Shown here: positions 26,201 to 41,200 of the stretch, piece after piece
Numbering within the stretch: position 1 is the stretch's first letter
Layout of the letters: every line of letters begins with the position of its first letter
Origin: Phoronis australis
Lineage: Eukaryota > Animalia > Phoronida
Reading direction: 5' to 3'
Assembly: GCA_002633005.1 (NCBI GenBank)
Contig: NMRA01000208.1
Coordinates: 228,439 to 292,438 of the forward strand
DNA: 64,000 nucleotides
Notes under the pieces: generated by a model
What the model saw: only the letters and a program-made list of their open reading frames with translations
The model's database searches: none
Told to the model about the DNA's origin: nothing
Translations under genes and position numbers: made by a program

Positions 26201-29200
26201 ATCTTGCGGTCCATATTCAGGGGCCAAAACGCACCTTTCCTCATCCTCAGAAATTAACAACTGCAAAAACGCTGACAAAACAATTCAAATAAAAGTACAA
26301 ACAACACAAGCTACTAAACAGCTGCTGCCCATCACAGTTTGTAAGTCAGGTGAGGTTTGATCAAAATTATAAAGTTGTGATGATCCATCCTTAATGAAAT
26401 TGTATAGTGAATGACAGACTTGGTAAGAGTAAAATGTGTAAAATCACTCCCCTTCTGGTTAATATCTTACCTCATTAACATCCTGTAGGAGTAGAACATC
26501 AGTATCCATGGTTGCTATGGTAACAGTGCAGATCTCTTTGGTAGACTGCAGGGAGTCGCCTCCCCTGATCTCTATCAGAGATGGCATGTAGCTGGAGTCA
26601 GACGGCTCCACACGCATACTGAGACGAGTGATGAGAACGTCGCTCATCATTTCTATTCTAATCCAGTGCTGAAAGATGGCGATCGTCAGTCAGCGACAAC
26701 AAAAATTTCAACTTAAAACCAAAGTTCAAGATATTATCATATCCAATCAAGAATTTTCATTCAAGTCTATTAAAAAAAACGCAACTCAAAACTAGAGTAA
26801 TGGCTGCTCTCAATAACCAATAAGGTGCTGGGGCATTAAATAAAACATTCCAATTTCAGAACTTTTTATTCAATAAATAATATATAGATACTGCAAAAAA
26901 ATAGAAATAAAATATTAAAAGAAATAAAAAACACCCACCACGTACAAATAACAATGTCGAAAATTGAAAGGAGTTAGTCTTCAAACCAACAACATGTCTG
27001 CACAATTTCATAAACTTTTTGTTCAGCTGATTTGAAATGATGCTGCACACAGCAAAATTTTGCCTACTTAAGGTTATCTAGTGTACAGTCAGTCAAATAT
27101 GGCAAAGCTACACAATTTAACTCAACAAAAGTATAATGTTTTCTGAACGCAGAAATTCCATAGAATTTGATTATTTGTTTTATACCAATCTGCTAGTAAC
27201 AGGGTCACATGACCATGCTTTTTAGTAAACTTCAGCAAAAAGAAAGGTATGTTCATAGCAAAACAACATGATTGACCAAATTTTGTATCATAATATAAAT
27301 GTTTTGAGATAAAATCTCAAAAGAGCTGTTACAGTTTTATAAATTATTGTTTCGTTATTGTTGTAAGCAGCTTTATTTTTTTCACAAAACCCACGTAAGT
27401 CCCGTTATTTGAGCGTCTTAAGCAAGAATGGAGCATTTGAAAAACAAGTCCTGACAGTTTCACGTGACTCCGTTGACCTACTTCTGAGATACAGATGTTC
27501 TGAAGTCAGCCAAAATTGACACTTTTTAGGGACCGACATAAGATATACAAGATTAGTACAACAGATAATACAGACACGTGACTCACTTTGCCCTGAGATC
27601 CAGAACTTTGCCAATAGCCACCACTTCCATCAATCAGCCGATGCGCCTGACTTTCACGAGACGATACTGTCAAGTTCTTTACACACTTGTGCCAGTCGTT
27701 AATAATACTCGAGCAACCACCAGAGGGCAGCTGCTTCTTCTTGTAGCGACCAGGCTTCCCCGCATACACAGCAGCACTACCTGTTGGACAGAAAACTTTG
27801 TTTAACATTTATTTTGAACAGATACAACAGACTCTAATAATCTAAACCACACAAGTTCAATAGGCAACATTAATCAATAAACATGCCCTGATAATTATTT
27901 CGTTATTTTCCAACAAAGTGCACTGCAGAAATCAGTAAAAAAAACTTGCAATATTTGGAGACAGTCAATTAAAGGGGCCAAGATTTTGAGAACCAGTTTG
28001 ATGCCTGTTACTCAGTGGAGAAAACTGGTTCTCAAAATGTAGGACCCCTGTCAGTAACTATTACTCAGTATTCCAATCGGCAACATGACTCATCTCAATA
28101 CCTGGATCCGTTATTCTGTTGAAGGAGTGCTTGTGTGACCGTTTAGTCTTAAAGCAGGTCTCACAGAAGTCAAAATCATCGCACTGTTTACACTTGTACC
28201 GGGGCCCTGTCAGAGGCTGTAGTCCACAGCCCAAGCAACTGTAGGAAACAAGCAAAGCTTTCTCAATATAAACAGTCAAACAATTCAGGTTATCAACAAA
28301 CAAATAATTGGAAGAAAATTTTCCTTCCGGTATCAGTAGTTTGTATTGTACAGCAGCAATTGATGAATATATAGTGAAATTTTGAGCATTTGCACAATGA
28401 AAAATTTGGAAAATTATTTCAGCAATTTACTTTTGATTAAATTTGAAAATTTTGCAATAATTCCCGGACAATTAGATATTCTTAAAGAGCATGTTCATGG
28501 CAGATACAGCACTTGGGAACAGGACGTTCATGTAACATTTTAATATGTAGTCAAATGTACTGTCTAATAAATGTGAGATTTTCAATTGCACGACGGACAA
28601 ACTGAAGACACTTTCTTACTCTTTAAATACTCATCCAACTATAAAGGAATCAGGGCAGGAGTCCCAGATTTTGAGAACCAGTTTGATGCTTGTTCTTCAG
28701 TGGAGAAAACTGGTCCTCAAAATGCGAGACACCTGTGACTGTTACCTGAATCTTGCTTCAAGCTAAGCTAATCGTAACCAGTGGGGCAGGAATAATTGCA
28801 GATTGTGCAGAAATGCAAGCATACAAAAGGGCAACATGCGACATTGATATGTGCCCATCAAGTGAATCGCAAACAGTAAAGATATAAGTGTGCTTATTTT
28901 TAAAATATTTCCAAGACAGTCCAATCCCATAGACAATCTCGACATCAGTTGTGCTCCCCTTATAAGGAAAACGTAGGGCAAATTTCAAGAAGATTCGTTG
29001 AAAAACTGCTGATTTCAGAAGACAACTTCTTTGAATGGCCTCCGTCTTCAAATTGGTTTGCCGACATAATTTGGATATATTCACACACTTATGAGTTCAC
29101 AACAGATGCAACTATGCAGGAACCTCGTTCACACAAACGCATGCTGCAGCCAATTCCCACCTGACTCCCGGATGTTTGCTGGGAACCAGTTCCATCTCAG

Positions 29201-32200
29201 CCACCAGCCCTGTCCAGTGAGCTTGTTGGGGGAAGTCAACGGTGATGTCCTTGCCATTGGTACTGATAGCTGTCACAGTGCCCACACTACGGTGTGTTAC
29301 GGAGCCCCACTTGTACTTGGGGGTGCCAACGGAGGGGCGTACACGAACCTTGTCCCCTACCTTGATGGTTTGACCAGGTGTGCCTGAAACAAAGAGATAA
29401 GGTAAGAACTAGTGAAGGATCACAGTTCACAAGTGGCTGAAATCAATCCAGTTTCCCTGAGGGTGTACCCTTCAAAATCTTTTTCTTAAAAAAAGACTTC
29501 TTCAATGAATGTTATAAAAAAGGACACCAGTGGGAATATGTACTGAACCCCTCTGATACAACAGACTTGTGGACGGTAGCTTTAGTAAACAGTCAAGTCA
29601 TCCAACAATAAGGCATTCTCTTCTCCCTCTCTTGTTTATTATCATTAACAAATGATTAGTTTTAGTTGTTTTACAACCAGTTTCTCACACAGGGAAGCAC
29701 AGGTCTGTCCACAAATTGTTGTAGTAGGACACAGAAAAACATTAGCTGGACAGAACATTCTAAGCTGAGGTTGAGCCCCGCCACACAACCAGATAGGGAT
29801 CCCACTTCTTCACTTCTTAGTTATCTCACTCAGATGTTGTCTGTCATGCCACCTACAGGCCTGTGTGACACACAACCTTCATACACTTTACCTTATTAAA
29901 AGTTTCTACGTACAACATCATTCAGAATGAAATTTGTAGTGAAATGAACACCGGGGTCACAAGATATCTTTCTTCATTAATGAACTCAATGGGAACCATG
30001 ATGATGAAATATGATGAAATGTATTGTGCATAGAAAGTAACGTACTATGTGGACATAGAACATATTATATATACGCTGATTGAAAGTTTAATGTTGAAAA
30101 TCACTAGTGAGCAAATTATAGAAAAAATATGAAAAAAACACAATTGGCATATAATAGAAAATAATGCGGACAAATCTGAACTTGAATGAGTCTTAAGAAA
30201 TGATCAAAATGACTTTTTGTTTAAATTATATGAGAAGCAGAAGTAGACATTGACAAAAAGACACGTCCATGAAATCTCATCAAAGTTGATATAACTACAA
30301 AGTATCTGCAGGCAAAATTTCAAAATGGACATACTCGTCTGAACCTCGAAAACTTCCCTACATGCAGAAAAATTCAAAAATCCCTGAAACTCTAGCCTAA
30401 CTAGTCCAGTCCATCCACCCTAATGGGCAACAGAAACTGTTATAAACAAAGGTATCAACATAAAAATAAAAACAAAGAGCAAAGTACCAATGCCCTGGTG
30501 ACACCGACTTGACTTGTCTTCCCTATTTACTTACTATTTAATCTCGGAGACAAGCCAGGATAGACTAAAAGTAGAATGCAAATCATTTAAGGCCGAACAA
30601 ACAAAACGACGACGGGGATGAGAGGTAGTAACAACCAAGAAAGAGTAGGAAACAACACTGACGTGCAGACATACAGCACAACACGAAGGTGGTAACGTAC
30701 ATCAAGAGGAATCAGGCCAGACAGGTTAATTGACAGCTTGGATCTAATATACATCAAGAGGGATCAGGCCAGACAAATTATAACGAAAGCACAGATTCGG
30801 AAAAGGCAGCCAAAGTTGGAAGAAAAGTTTATAATTTTGCTAGGTACAACATGCAGAATAACTCAGCTAAAAAGTCAAACCAAATTGCATGCATAAGAAT
30901 GGTAAAGACATAATGTGCCAAACATTTGCACCAACCAAAAGTTGAAACTTTATTTTTATTAACACGCTTTAACCACATTCAGGTAACAACAACTACCACA
31001 TACAACATCAGAACTACCACATCTTGTAAGAACAAAAGCACAACTGTTTTTTTCTGATAAGTTCTAAATGACTTGTGTATAGTGAGAACAGGTCATTTAC
31101 ATATGAATCTACATTCCATGGTTTATGCTTGCAGCATTCAATAAACCATAAAATACAAGATACTGTCAAAGTAAACAACACCAAACTTTGAAGTGTTTAG
31201 AAGCTGTGAAAATTATTAGACTTAAATCAATACAGCACAGCACTGAACTATTCAAGGTCTTTTATTTATGGAACCTTTATAAAAATTACTTGTTAATATA
31301 AAATCATCTCAGGATTATATGTGAATGTGTTTGGAGCCGGTGAAACAACTTTCTCATATTAGTGTTAAAGAGAACAAGATGACTGTCTTAAATGACAACA
31401 GCAAGTACCCATCTGCTTGTCCACGTGAGAATGTTCCCAATTGTTTTGAAACTGAAGTCACAACGTCAAATTCATGACAAGTAATATGTTAATTTTGTCG
31501 GAAATTACAAACTTAAGCTGTTACCATAACTCATGAAGGAATTAAATGAAACAAATGCACCAACTTATCAGCTGTCTAGCACAATCACTTACCTGCGTGG
31601 GCACTAGTGAAGCCAATCAACTCCACATGAATGTAGCGTACCCAGTAGGTACCGCCCTTTCTCTGCCAATCAGCCTGTATGTTGAGGTCATGAAGACTAT
31701 CTCTGTCAAGCTAAACAGAAATAAGACCATCTTGGAAATTAGATCTGTCAATATCAATATCTCTCTAACTACATGTCAGCACATTCCTATTTTCAATCAA
31801 GGTCAGTGCAGTATATTTCAGAAAGAGTAGTTTGTAAACAACATAGCCATATTCTACTGGAAAATCTTCTGATCCACGTCGATTCAACAAGAAGCTTAAT
31901 ACAATCAGTGCATCACATTATTTTTAATGCTTATTAAAAAAAACACAATGTACAATATAATGGGAGTTAAGCTCAGAAAGTGCTAGAAGGCATTATTTAT
32001 ATCTGTGCTTCATAGATTAGTTTCAATGCTACAATTTATAAATAATCCATAACAAACTTCAGCCTTCAATAAGTCAACACTAAATACCACAAAATAATAG
32101 TCAAGTACACATTAAGCTGAGACACTAAGCTGTTGAACTCTCTAAAAACTTTGCCCATCTTGTACCACCCATAGAAACCAAACCCGCGTAGGACCACCCG

Positions 32201-35200
32201 GTACAGTATGTGCTACAGACTAATTGTGGGTGCGGTCCATGTTTGCCATGTCTCACCTTGATAACCTTGCCAATGTCTCCGTCATGAACCTCTTCGTAAG
32301 AGCGACAGCAGCGTACAGACATTCCCACCTGGATGTTGTCTCGTACATACATGGCGTATTCGTCATTACTGACAAAGCCTCCACGCTTCTTGTAAACAGA
32401 GTCACCACAAGACTGTAGAAACACAGTAAACCAACATGACACACTTGAAGCACTAATAAATAATACTAATCCTTAGCACCGTGTGTCACTTGCATACCAT
32501 GTTCTACATGTAATGCATTTTTCCTATTGGCTTATAAACTGTATTGCATTATGACTGTGCCTCCATATTCTATAAGCATAAAGTATTGGAAAAGAACAGG
32601 TTCGACACATACCCACACCTTACCAACGCACGGGCGCTGCACTGGATTATTCCGAATTAAAGAAAAAATCAATATACTTGGATTGGTGAACAAATCCCTG
32701 CCTTATCATGGATGTTTCAACTCCTCCATAGTCCTTTACACTGTAGTGCTTAATATGCTTTAATAAATGTAAGAGAGAACGTGACAGTACGCACATCCAA
32801 AAATGCATTTGTAAATTCATTTGAGTCTGAAAGTCATCAGCTTTGCTCCACTTTCCTTAACTTGGCTTTGTTAATAACATTTGAGATGGGGACACGAAAG
32901 CACAGCCACGGTGACTTTGTGAGAGGAAAATGCAAAATAACTACAGCAAAAGTAATGTCCCAACAACATACAACCAAAATGTTTGTAAGAAATAATTCAG
33001 GAACACACACCAGAGGGCGTACGTAGTCAGAGTCTTCATCACTTTCACTGGAGCTGTCAGAGTCAGTCATGTAAACATCTGAAGAGGTGTTGGATTCTGA
33101 CTCAGACAGTTCCTGACCTGGTGTATCCTGGTTCTCTATAAGCCATCCGACCAATGAGTCAGGACTGGGTGGGTCACTGCTGGTCGCTCCGGGGGTACTA
33201 CCTGCAATTAACAGAAAGGTCACCACAGTGTAGACTTGAAATAGTGCTTAAACACTTGTCTGCTTCATAATGTTACTGTTATTTTGATGGATGAAATGAA
33301 GTTGATCAATGCAAAGCCGTGCAGTGGGTAGCAGCACAAATAAAGCTGTGTTTTGAAAACTGAAAAGCATTTTGTTAATCACGCCTTGTCTTTTTACTCC
33401 CAAACTGGTCTTCATCATGACCAAGATTTATAGAGTGTAGAGGATCAGGACCCTTGAGTGGGCTTCTGACCAAATATTCGGCCTTAACGACACACCATAA
33501 GTCAAAGGGTTTTCACCATTGTATGTTAATCAAATGAACATGATGTTGCTTAATCAAATTTCAAACCTATTTCTATTATTACCAGTGGATTTTAACTGAC
33601 AGATATTGGCAATATCAGTAACTTTTGATAAATTTCATCAGCAATGCTTGTCCAATATTAAAATTTATGTACACGCTTAGTGTAAATAGAAAACAAGCTA
33701 TTCAACCACCTGACAAGTTTACATACCCATACCAAACTTTCAATAAACCTACTAATTAAAAAGCAGACCTGGAATATTCAAGTTTTCCATTAATGAGAAG
33801 GAAACCTATTTAAAGCATAATATGTGTTTGTATGACTTGTTTTTCATTAAACTCCCAAGGCACCAAATAATGTATCTTCAGCTCCTTAAACAGAGACTTA
33901 AGCTCTAAGTGCACAATACTTACTGACACACTTGAGTGCTAACTCCACTCTCTTCCTAGGGAACCCCATCTCCACGAGCTGCGCCACTATAGGCAGAGGG
34001 GGTGCGGTCACCGGTTTGGCCTTCTTGACGCGGTAGACCTTTGTGACAGAAGGTGGTGGAGAGTAGACCAGCACAGGCGTTTTGGAGGCTGGTGATGGCT
34101 CACTGATGGCGCCACTACCCTCTTCCATCACAGGTTGGTAAGCATCGGCCGTGAGATGTTGACATATAGCCAAGGCAGCCGCCTAGGGAATTAAACAAGG
34201 GTAACGCAAAATTAAGAGCAAAAGCCCATACGGAATGTAATACAAAATGTCTGAAAATTTCGCTGAGTGCAGGCAAGAGACCAGCATAAGAATCATAACA
34301 GAATAACAAACCAGCCAGTAGCACTTTAGAAAGGAATTTCTTGCATACTGAAGTACTGTTATATAAGATCTGATAAGTACAGCTTGCTCCAGTCATTATT
34401 GTTCTTCAAGAAATCATTAAAAACCGCTCTTTATGATTTCTAACACTCTTTTCTGAGACACTATAAAATGCAATAACTTGTTCCAACCATGTAGAGTAGT
34501 AATAGCAGCGTAACTTGGCACAAATGTGCAAGGAAGTGTGACAAGGAGGAATGATTCAAGCACAGAACAACATCCTAAGTTGGTTAAATGTTGAATTTTG
34601 TTCATTGTAAAATTGGCTACAAAAGAGAAATCTAGTAACCAACTGAGCATTTACTTATTGCTAAACCATTTGCGAGGATAATAAAAAAGTAACGCTTTAT
34701 TCCAAACAGAAGAAGCTTCACAATACCTCTAATGTGAACAGTAACTCAGTTGAAGAGTCTCATCTCTCACCTGAACATGGCGGGGTCTAATCTCCAAACC
34801 CAAAATTGTACTCAGATATCATTATTGATTTATTAGATTGTTTAAATAAATAATAATAATAAATGTCTCTTACTCTGTGCATGAGTGCATTTAGGTTTGT
34901 GCAGATGAGTTAGATGACACCTAAATTCAAATTATAAACTAGAGTGAAAACTCAGTTACAGCTTGAAATTTAAAATTTCAGACACAAACTAGCTGGGGTC
35001 ATCAAGCGCAAGGCACACTGTCATAAAGGCACACTGCCATAAAGGCACACTGTCATAAAGGCACACTGTCATAAAGGCACACTGTCATAAAGGCACACTG
35101 TCATAAAGGCACACTGTCATAAAGGCACACTGTCATTCGGGTGAATCGTGCATTAGTCAAGCACAGAATAATGGACACTTAACCTGAATTATAATAGAAT

Positions 35201-38200
35201 GAAAAAGTCAAAGATTAGAGCATGAGTCTAGTGGTTACCTCTAACTCTTCTCGTCCAAATATTGCCTTGACTGGAGATGGTTGTGTTGCTGCTATCATTA
35301 AATGCTGCATAAGCATCAGTTGTGATGGGGTCTCTGCAGTTGTCTCCCCCTCATCACCAGGGGGAGCTGATGAGGCTTGGTCACCAGATGCGCCATCTGC
35401 AAAATATGCAAGAAGTTGTTAACAGTGACAAAGAATGCATCACCATCTAACAACGAGTAATTTGGCAGAGTGAATTTGATGATACTGGCAGAGTTACATC
35501 ACAAAATTTGAGGAGTCCCCACCACAATGTTCAACACATTGCAGACATAACTCTAAAATTGGTATCCTGTTGTTTCGGTTTTTGTAATGTCCGTCCTCCA
35601 AATATCATAAATACTAAACTCTGATAATGAGCTGGACACGTATGTCGCCATGGGTTACTCCCACTGTCTGAGTACACAAGGATGTGCATTTGATAAGAGC
35701 CACTGAGAGAATGAAAACATATCTAATTCAGTAAGGAAATTCGCATTAGAATTATATTGTACACGAAATTCTATGGTAATACCAACAATTCCAGAAAACC
35801 TGCCTAGAAGTGCCACATTTGCTGGTGCATACTGGGAAAAGGAGTACACTTAATCATTCAAGTTCTCAGTCGCACATCCCCCATTCAAAAGGTCCAAATT
35901 GTAGTTAACACATGGCACCTCACCTGTACTCTTCTCCAAGGTGCTACCAGTCTCCAATAGCGCCATCTGTGAGAGGATCTTCCTCAGGTTATCCTGTCTA
36001 CTGAAGAGTACACGAGCTGCCTTCAACAGACCCACACGGATCTGCTGCTTGGCCAACAGCTGAAGGCCATCTAGGGAATTAGTATATATCAGTTATACAA
36101 CAGTGAAATAGATTGACTGGAATAGGTTGGTAGCTTATTAGTCACTACCTTATGCTTGATAATCAAGAAAACTGTTACTGACCAATGAGAGATAAGTCAA
36201 ACAGGCAGCATGATAGATTTCTACGCAAGTTGACGATAAGAGGGAATTAGGTACTAAATCAATGTTTAAGACTACTAAAGGTGTCTCTCTATGACGACTC
36301 AAGTGATTGTAACATTAGAAAAGTGACTTAATATGACTGACTGCAAGTGTGAAGTTTAAGTATGTCTGCAACACAAACCTTCCTTATGCCCATTTACTTG
36401 TTGTTATACAATGAACAGCGTCTTGAGATTCACATTGATTAAAAAGCCATACATTCAGTTTCCAACGGAATTTTTTTTGAATAATGTGTTTTCTTCACAC
36501 TGGAATGGCTTGCTCTTTAGTGTTTGTGTTACAAGTAATTCACATGAATGCATGGAGGTTAAACAAGTGAATATCTCTCAGAACAGGTTGGATGGACATC
36601 ACACCCGCACTTTTTCAGCGATAAGGCATACACTTCAAGTAAAGCTTACTTCCAGAGTCTTGACTAGAAGATCCATTTGAAAGCCGTTCACCTTTGAACC
36701 CTGACCCTGCCAAGCTCACAAGCGCCGCCCACATGCCTAATATGGGTTCAGGAAGGGGCATCTTATCCACATCAAAATGATGATCTACAAACTGAAATGA
36801 ATGAGTGGATCAATTATAAAATAAAGATCTGACCAACTTTTAACTTCTAATTACCATAAACTAATACTGTAAAATACCATCAATAATTGTGAAATTTGTT
36901 TTTCTTTCATTTATCATAGGTTTTCAACAGCATCATGAATGCCCACAATTTCCCAGCTTCATTGTTTGATGGTAACCGTGGTGTGGATCTTGAAAAACGT
37001 AAAACAATTATTTGGTGCTAACTATGTTAGATGAAAAAATGAAAAAATTAAATTTCACTTGTCGACTATACTGTGTCCTATACTGGCTATACTTAGCACA
37101 CCTACAGCTCTAAATGGTTTTCTTTAATAATACAGTTATCGCCAAAAGCAATAATCAACCAAACATGTGCTGCGTAATAAAAATACATAGTTACTGACTT
37201 AAAAAGGCTGACTTAATGCCAGTACAATTATTATTACCAAATACTAAATCAACTCTTAAACACTTAGAAGTTATGAAGTAAACCAAGGCAGTTCCTAAAC
37301 ACCTACATGTTAATTTATGAAAACTAAGCCAGTTCCTGAACGCTTAAACATTAGAATTACAATATCAGAGTCAGTTCCTAAACACTTACACGTTAGTATA
37401 ATAAAATTGAAGCCAGTTCCTAAACACTTACAAGTTAGCATAATAAAACCTAAGCCAGTTCCTAAACACTTACATGTAAGCATTATAAAACCTAAGCCAG
37501 TTCCTAAACACTTACATGTTAGCATTATAAAAACTAAGCCAGTTCCTAAACACTTACATGTTAGCATTATAAAAACTAAGCCAGTTCCTAAACATGTACA
37601 TGTTAGCATTATAAAACCTAAGCCAGTTCCTAAACACTTACAGCAGTAATGTCTGTCAACCTGCATGTGGTAGTCGCATTGCTATCATCACACTGTGCGA
37701 CTATGCGGCCATTGGGAGATATAGAGGCAATGGTTCCCACTCCCCACTCCTCGTTGGAGACCCGCCCACCAAGGCGTGGCCTAGCATCAACTCCACCAAT
37801 CAGAGCCAAGACTGCCATGACTGTTGATTGTATCTCAATGGTGCTGCTGGAGCCAGTGGTTGTTGGAGATGCTGACTGGTCACCGTTTCCTGAAGTCTGC
37901 AGGTAGATAATATTTACCATAGAATATATTTGCACAGAAAATTATGCATGAAAGCCATTTCATAAGTTGGAGATTTTTCCAAGTTTGCCGAAAACAGAAG
38001 ATAAGCAATGAATGAATTTTAATGAAAAGATGCCTCAAAGCAACATACTAAACCCTAGATCAATCTGACTATCATCAAAATATGATCATAATAAAAAGGG
38101 GAAGGCAATAGGGTTTAGCGGTAGATTCTTTGTATCCCAGTCTAAAGATTATGGGTTCAAATCCCTTAACTAGCTTAATTTAGGTCTTACAGTCACAGCT

Positions 38201-41200
38201 CCAATTATTTATAAAGGTTTCCACACAGAATCACTTACTTGTTCTTTAGTTCCGGCATCGACCACTAGGTTGCCTATGATGGCAACATGGCGGTAGATGT
38301 ATTTATTGACACACGGGTTCCATGCCTCATGAGAATGCAGTTTCCTCAGCAATGTGACAAGTTCTTCAGCTACTGTACTGGAGTAAGAAGCAGTCAGAGA
38401 CACGTTGGCCTTGTTAGACTTCTTACCAACCTGACCACCATCTACAAATATGAGACGACAGTAACCATAATGAACAACCTGTACACCACCTACTGATGAC
38501 AGTGACTTAAACAGCATAATGAGCCAATAAAACAGTGCTACACACACATGTGCTTTATACAATATTGATGGTGAAATTACAGAGCAATGGCTGGTCACTT
38601 CTATCCGTACACGCAGCAGATTTGAAAGAAGAGTGTCATAGCATTCCTCAATTGACATGATTTCAGCAATTACTTAATACATTAATTTAACTTTCATTAT
38701 TTCAAATATATTGAATGAAATACAAGGTACCTAGACTACACGGTCAACGGACTCATAAACACAGGTCACGGACGCATAAACACGACTCACGGACCTGCAA
38801 ACACCGGCAACTGACTCACAAACACGGGAACAGACTCACAAAACACCATCCACGCACCCAAATACAAGGGACACGGATTCATATTCCCGAGGAAACACGG
38901 TTAACGGACCACCAAACACGGGTCACGGACAAAATGGAGATGTCAGCTGACCCAGAAAGCCGATGAGTCCGTGACCCGTGTTTGACGGTCCGTTAACCGT
39001 GTTTCCTTGTGAATATGAGTCCGTGTCCCGTGTATTTGGGTGTGTGGATTGTGTTTTATGAGCCCGTTCCCGTGTTTGTGAGTCAGTGGACGGTGTTTGC
39101 AGGTCCGTGAGTCGTGTTCATGCGTCTGTGCCCCGTGTTTATGAGTCCGTTGACCCTGTAGTTTAGGTACCTTGAAATAGAGCCTATTCAAAGAAAATAA
39201 TTAATAGTGTAAATATGAGAACCATATCAGAAATGGTTTCCTAGGCACCTTATATGAGTGTTTAAACAGAGAATGTCACGCACCAAATGTTGCAAGTGTA
39301 GGGTCAGACTTGCATGTCATCAGAACTGTGCCCAATACAGAGAATAGCTTCTCCACGAGTTGCGTTATTCTGTTGATGTTTGTCGACTTGTCCCAAGAGG
39401 GAAGCACTTGTTGCAGCATACGCAAGATCAAAATCTGAAAGAATCAAAATCAGATACTCAATTACGGTTAATCAAAGACTTAACATATGAAATGCTACAA
39501 AACTGAGCAACACATGCAATTGATGTTTTTTTTTCTTAGCTGCCGGTTTATCATATTGGAAAGTACCTTTAGCATAGTTTGTAAGCCATTTAATGTACCT
39601 TTAGTATAGTTTGTAAGCCATTTAATGTACCTTTAGTATAGTTTGTAAGCCATTTAATGTACCTTTAGTATAGTTTGTAAGCCATTTAAAGTACCTTTAG
39701 TATAGTTTGTAAGCCATTTAATGTACCTTTAGTATAGTTTGTAAGCCATTTAATGTACCTTTAGTATAGTTTGTAAGCCATTTAATGTACCTTTAGTATA
39801 GTTTGTAAGCCATTTAATGTACCTTTAGTATAGTTTGTAAGCCATTTAATGTACCTTTAGTATAGTTTGTAAGCCATTTAATGTACCTTTAGTATAGTTT
39901 GTAAGCCATTTAATGTACCTTTAGTATAGTTTGTAAGCCATTTAATGTACCTTTAGTATAGTTTGTAAGCCATTTAATGTACCTTTAGTATAGTTTGTAA
40001 GCCATTTAATGTACCTTTAGTATAGTTTGTAAGCCATTTAATGTACCTTTAATGTAACCACAAGCCATTAAATTTTGTTGCAATAAATAAGAACTTATTT
40101 CGTTAATTTATTCACTAACACATAACCGTTAGCCGCCCATAGAACAGTGGTCTGTTTGATGATAAATGACAAAGATTTAAGTCAGATTTTGACTTCCACT
40201 TCCACTTATAATTAAAGAATACAAATTTTGCCAAGACATGTAATTGATAGCACATAACCAGTTTAGAAATAATAAACACAAACTATCTGAAAAACATGAA
40301 ATTATGGGTACATTGTCATACGACCTTATACTTTTGCTCAGGTGAGATATTTTTTGGGGACATAAATGTGTGGAGCGTAAAACGAAATTTCTGAGGTAAA
40401 TCAGTATTAGGTAGCAGACCTGTGTGTGTAGATTGTTGTACGGCTCCACCTCATTTGTGAGCACCTTTAACAGCAGGTTGATCCAGCGAGGTGTGCTCAG
40501 TGCCAGACACATAGTGCGACTGTTGGCAATACTAGTCACAAAGCCAAGAGTCGCCCACAGGTGGTGCTGCTCACGAGAAATCATCACTGATGGAGATTGT
40601 GCATCTATAAGAATAATAGTAGCATTAGGTGACACTGAACAAATAAACACTAGACAAATATAAGTAGGGTGATAAGTATTATTAAACAAAATATATATAT
40701 ATATTAAGTATATCATAAAAGTTCGTAAGTCAGAGTACTCTGAACAAATGAGGATTAGATTCCTCAAGAAGTGCAATAATTTTGAATTGAATGTGACATG
40801 ATCAGCATTATGCAGCCAATGTATACATTTAAGATATCAAATAAACACCAACAGTGTGTGACTACTTACTTAAACTACTGCTACAGCCACACTCCACAAT
40901 AGTTCTCAGCAGACCACACAGTGTCTCCACAGCCTCGGTCTGAGCATACTCTGCGTATATACCGCCACATATGGTGATCGTGCTCAACAACTGAACAGTG
41001 GCCTGACGCAGCAACGCTGTGGGGTGAGTTGTCTTCTTAGGACTTGGGGCCACAACTGAAGAACAAAGCATTTAGAAATATATGGGTCACCTTAATTTAA
41101 AAGTACGCAAATACAATAAAGGTGGCTTCAACCACAAAAGCCAACTCGTATCTGTTTTGTATGGCTTTAGACTCTTCACTTTCTTCCCCAAATTCTACCA

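Noticed and set aside
37310-37666. Repetitive ORFs ([14 protein letters not shown])n and ([12 protein letters not shown])n
   Set aside because: Translation of a 36-bp minisatellite
38715-39191. Two similar His/Thr-rich ORFs on opposite strands
   Set aside because: They are the two arms of the foldback MITE
39563-40050. CRISPR-like 32-bp repeats
   Set aside because: No spacers, no cas genes, eukaryotic intron
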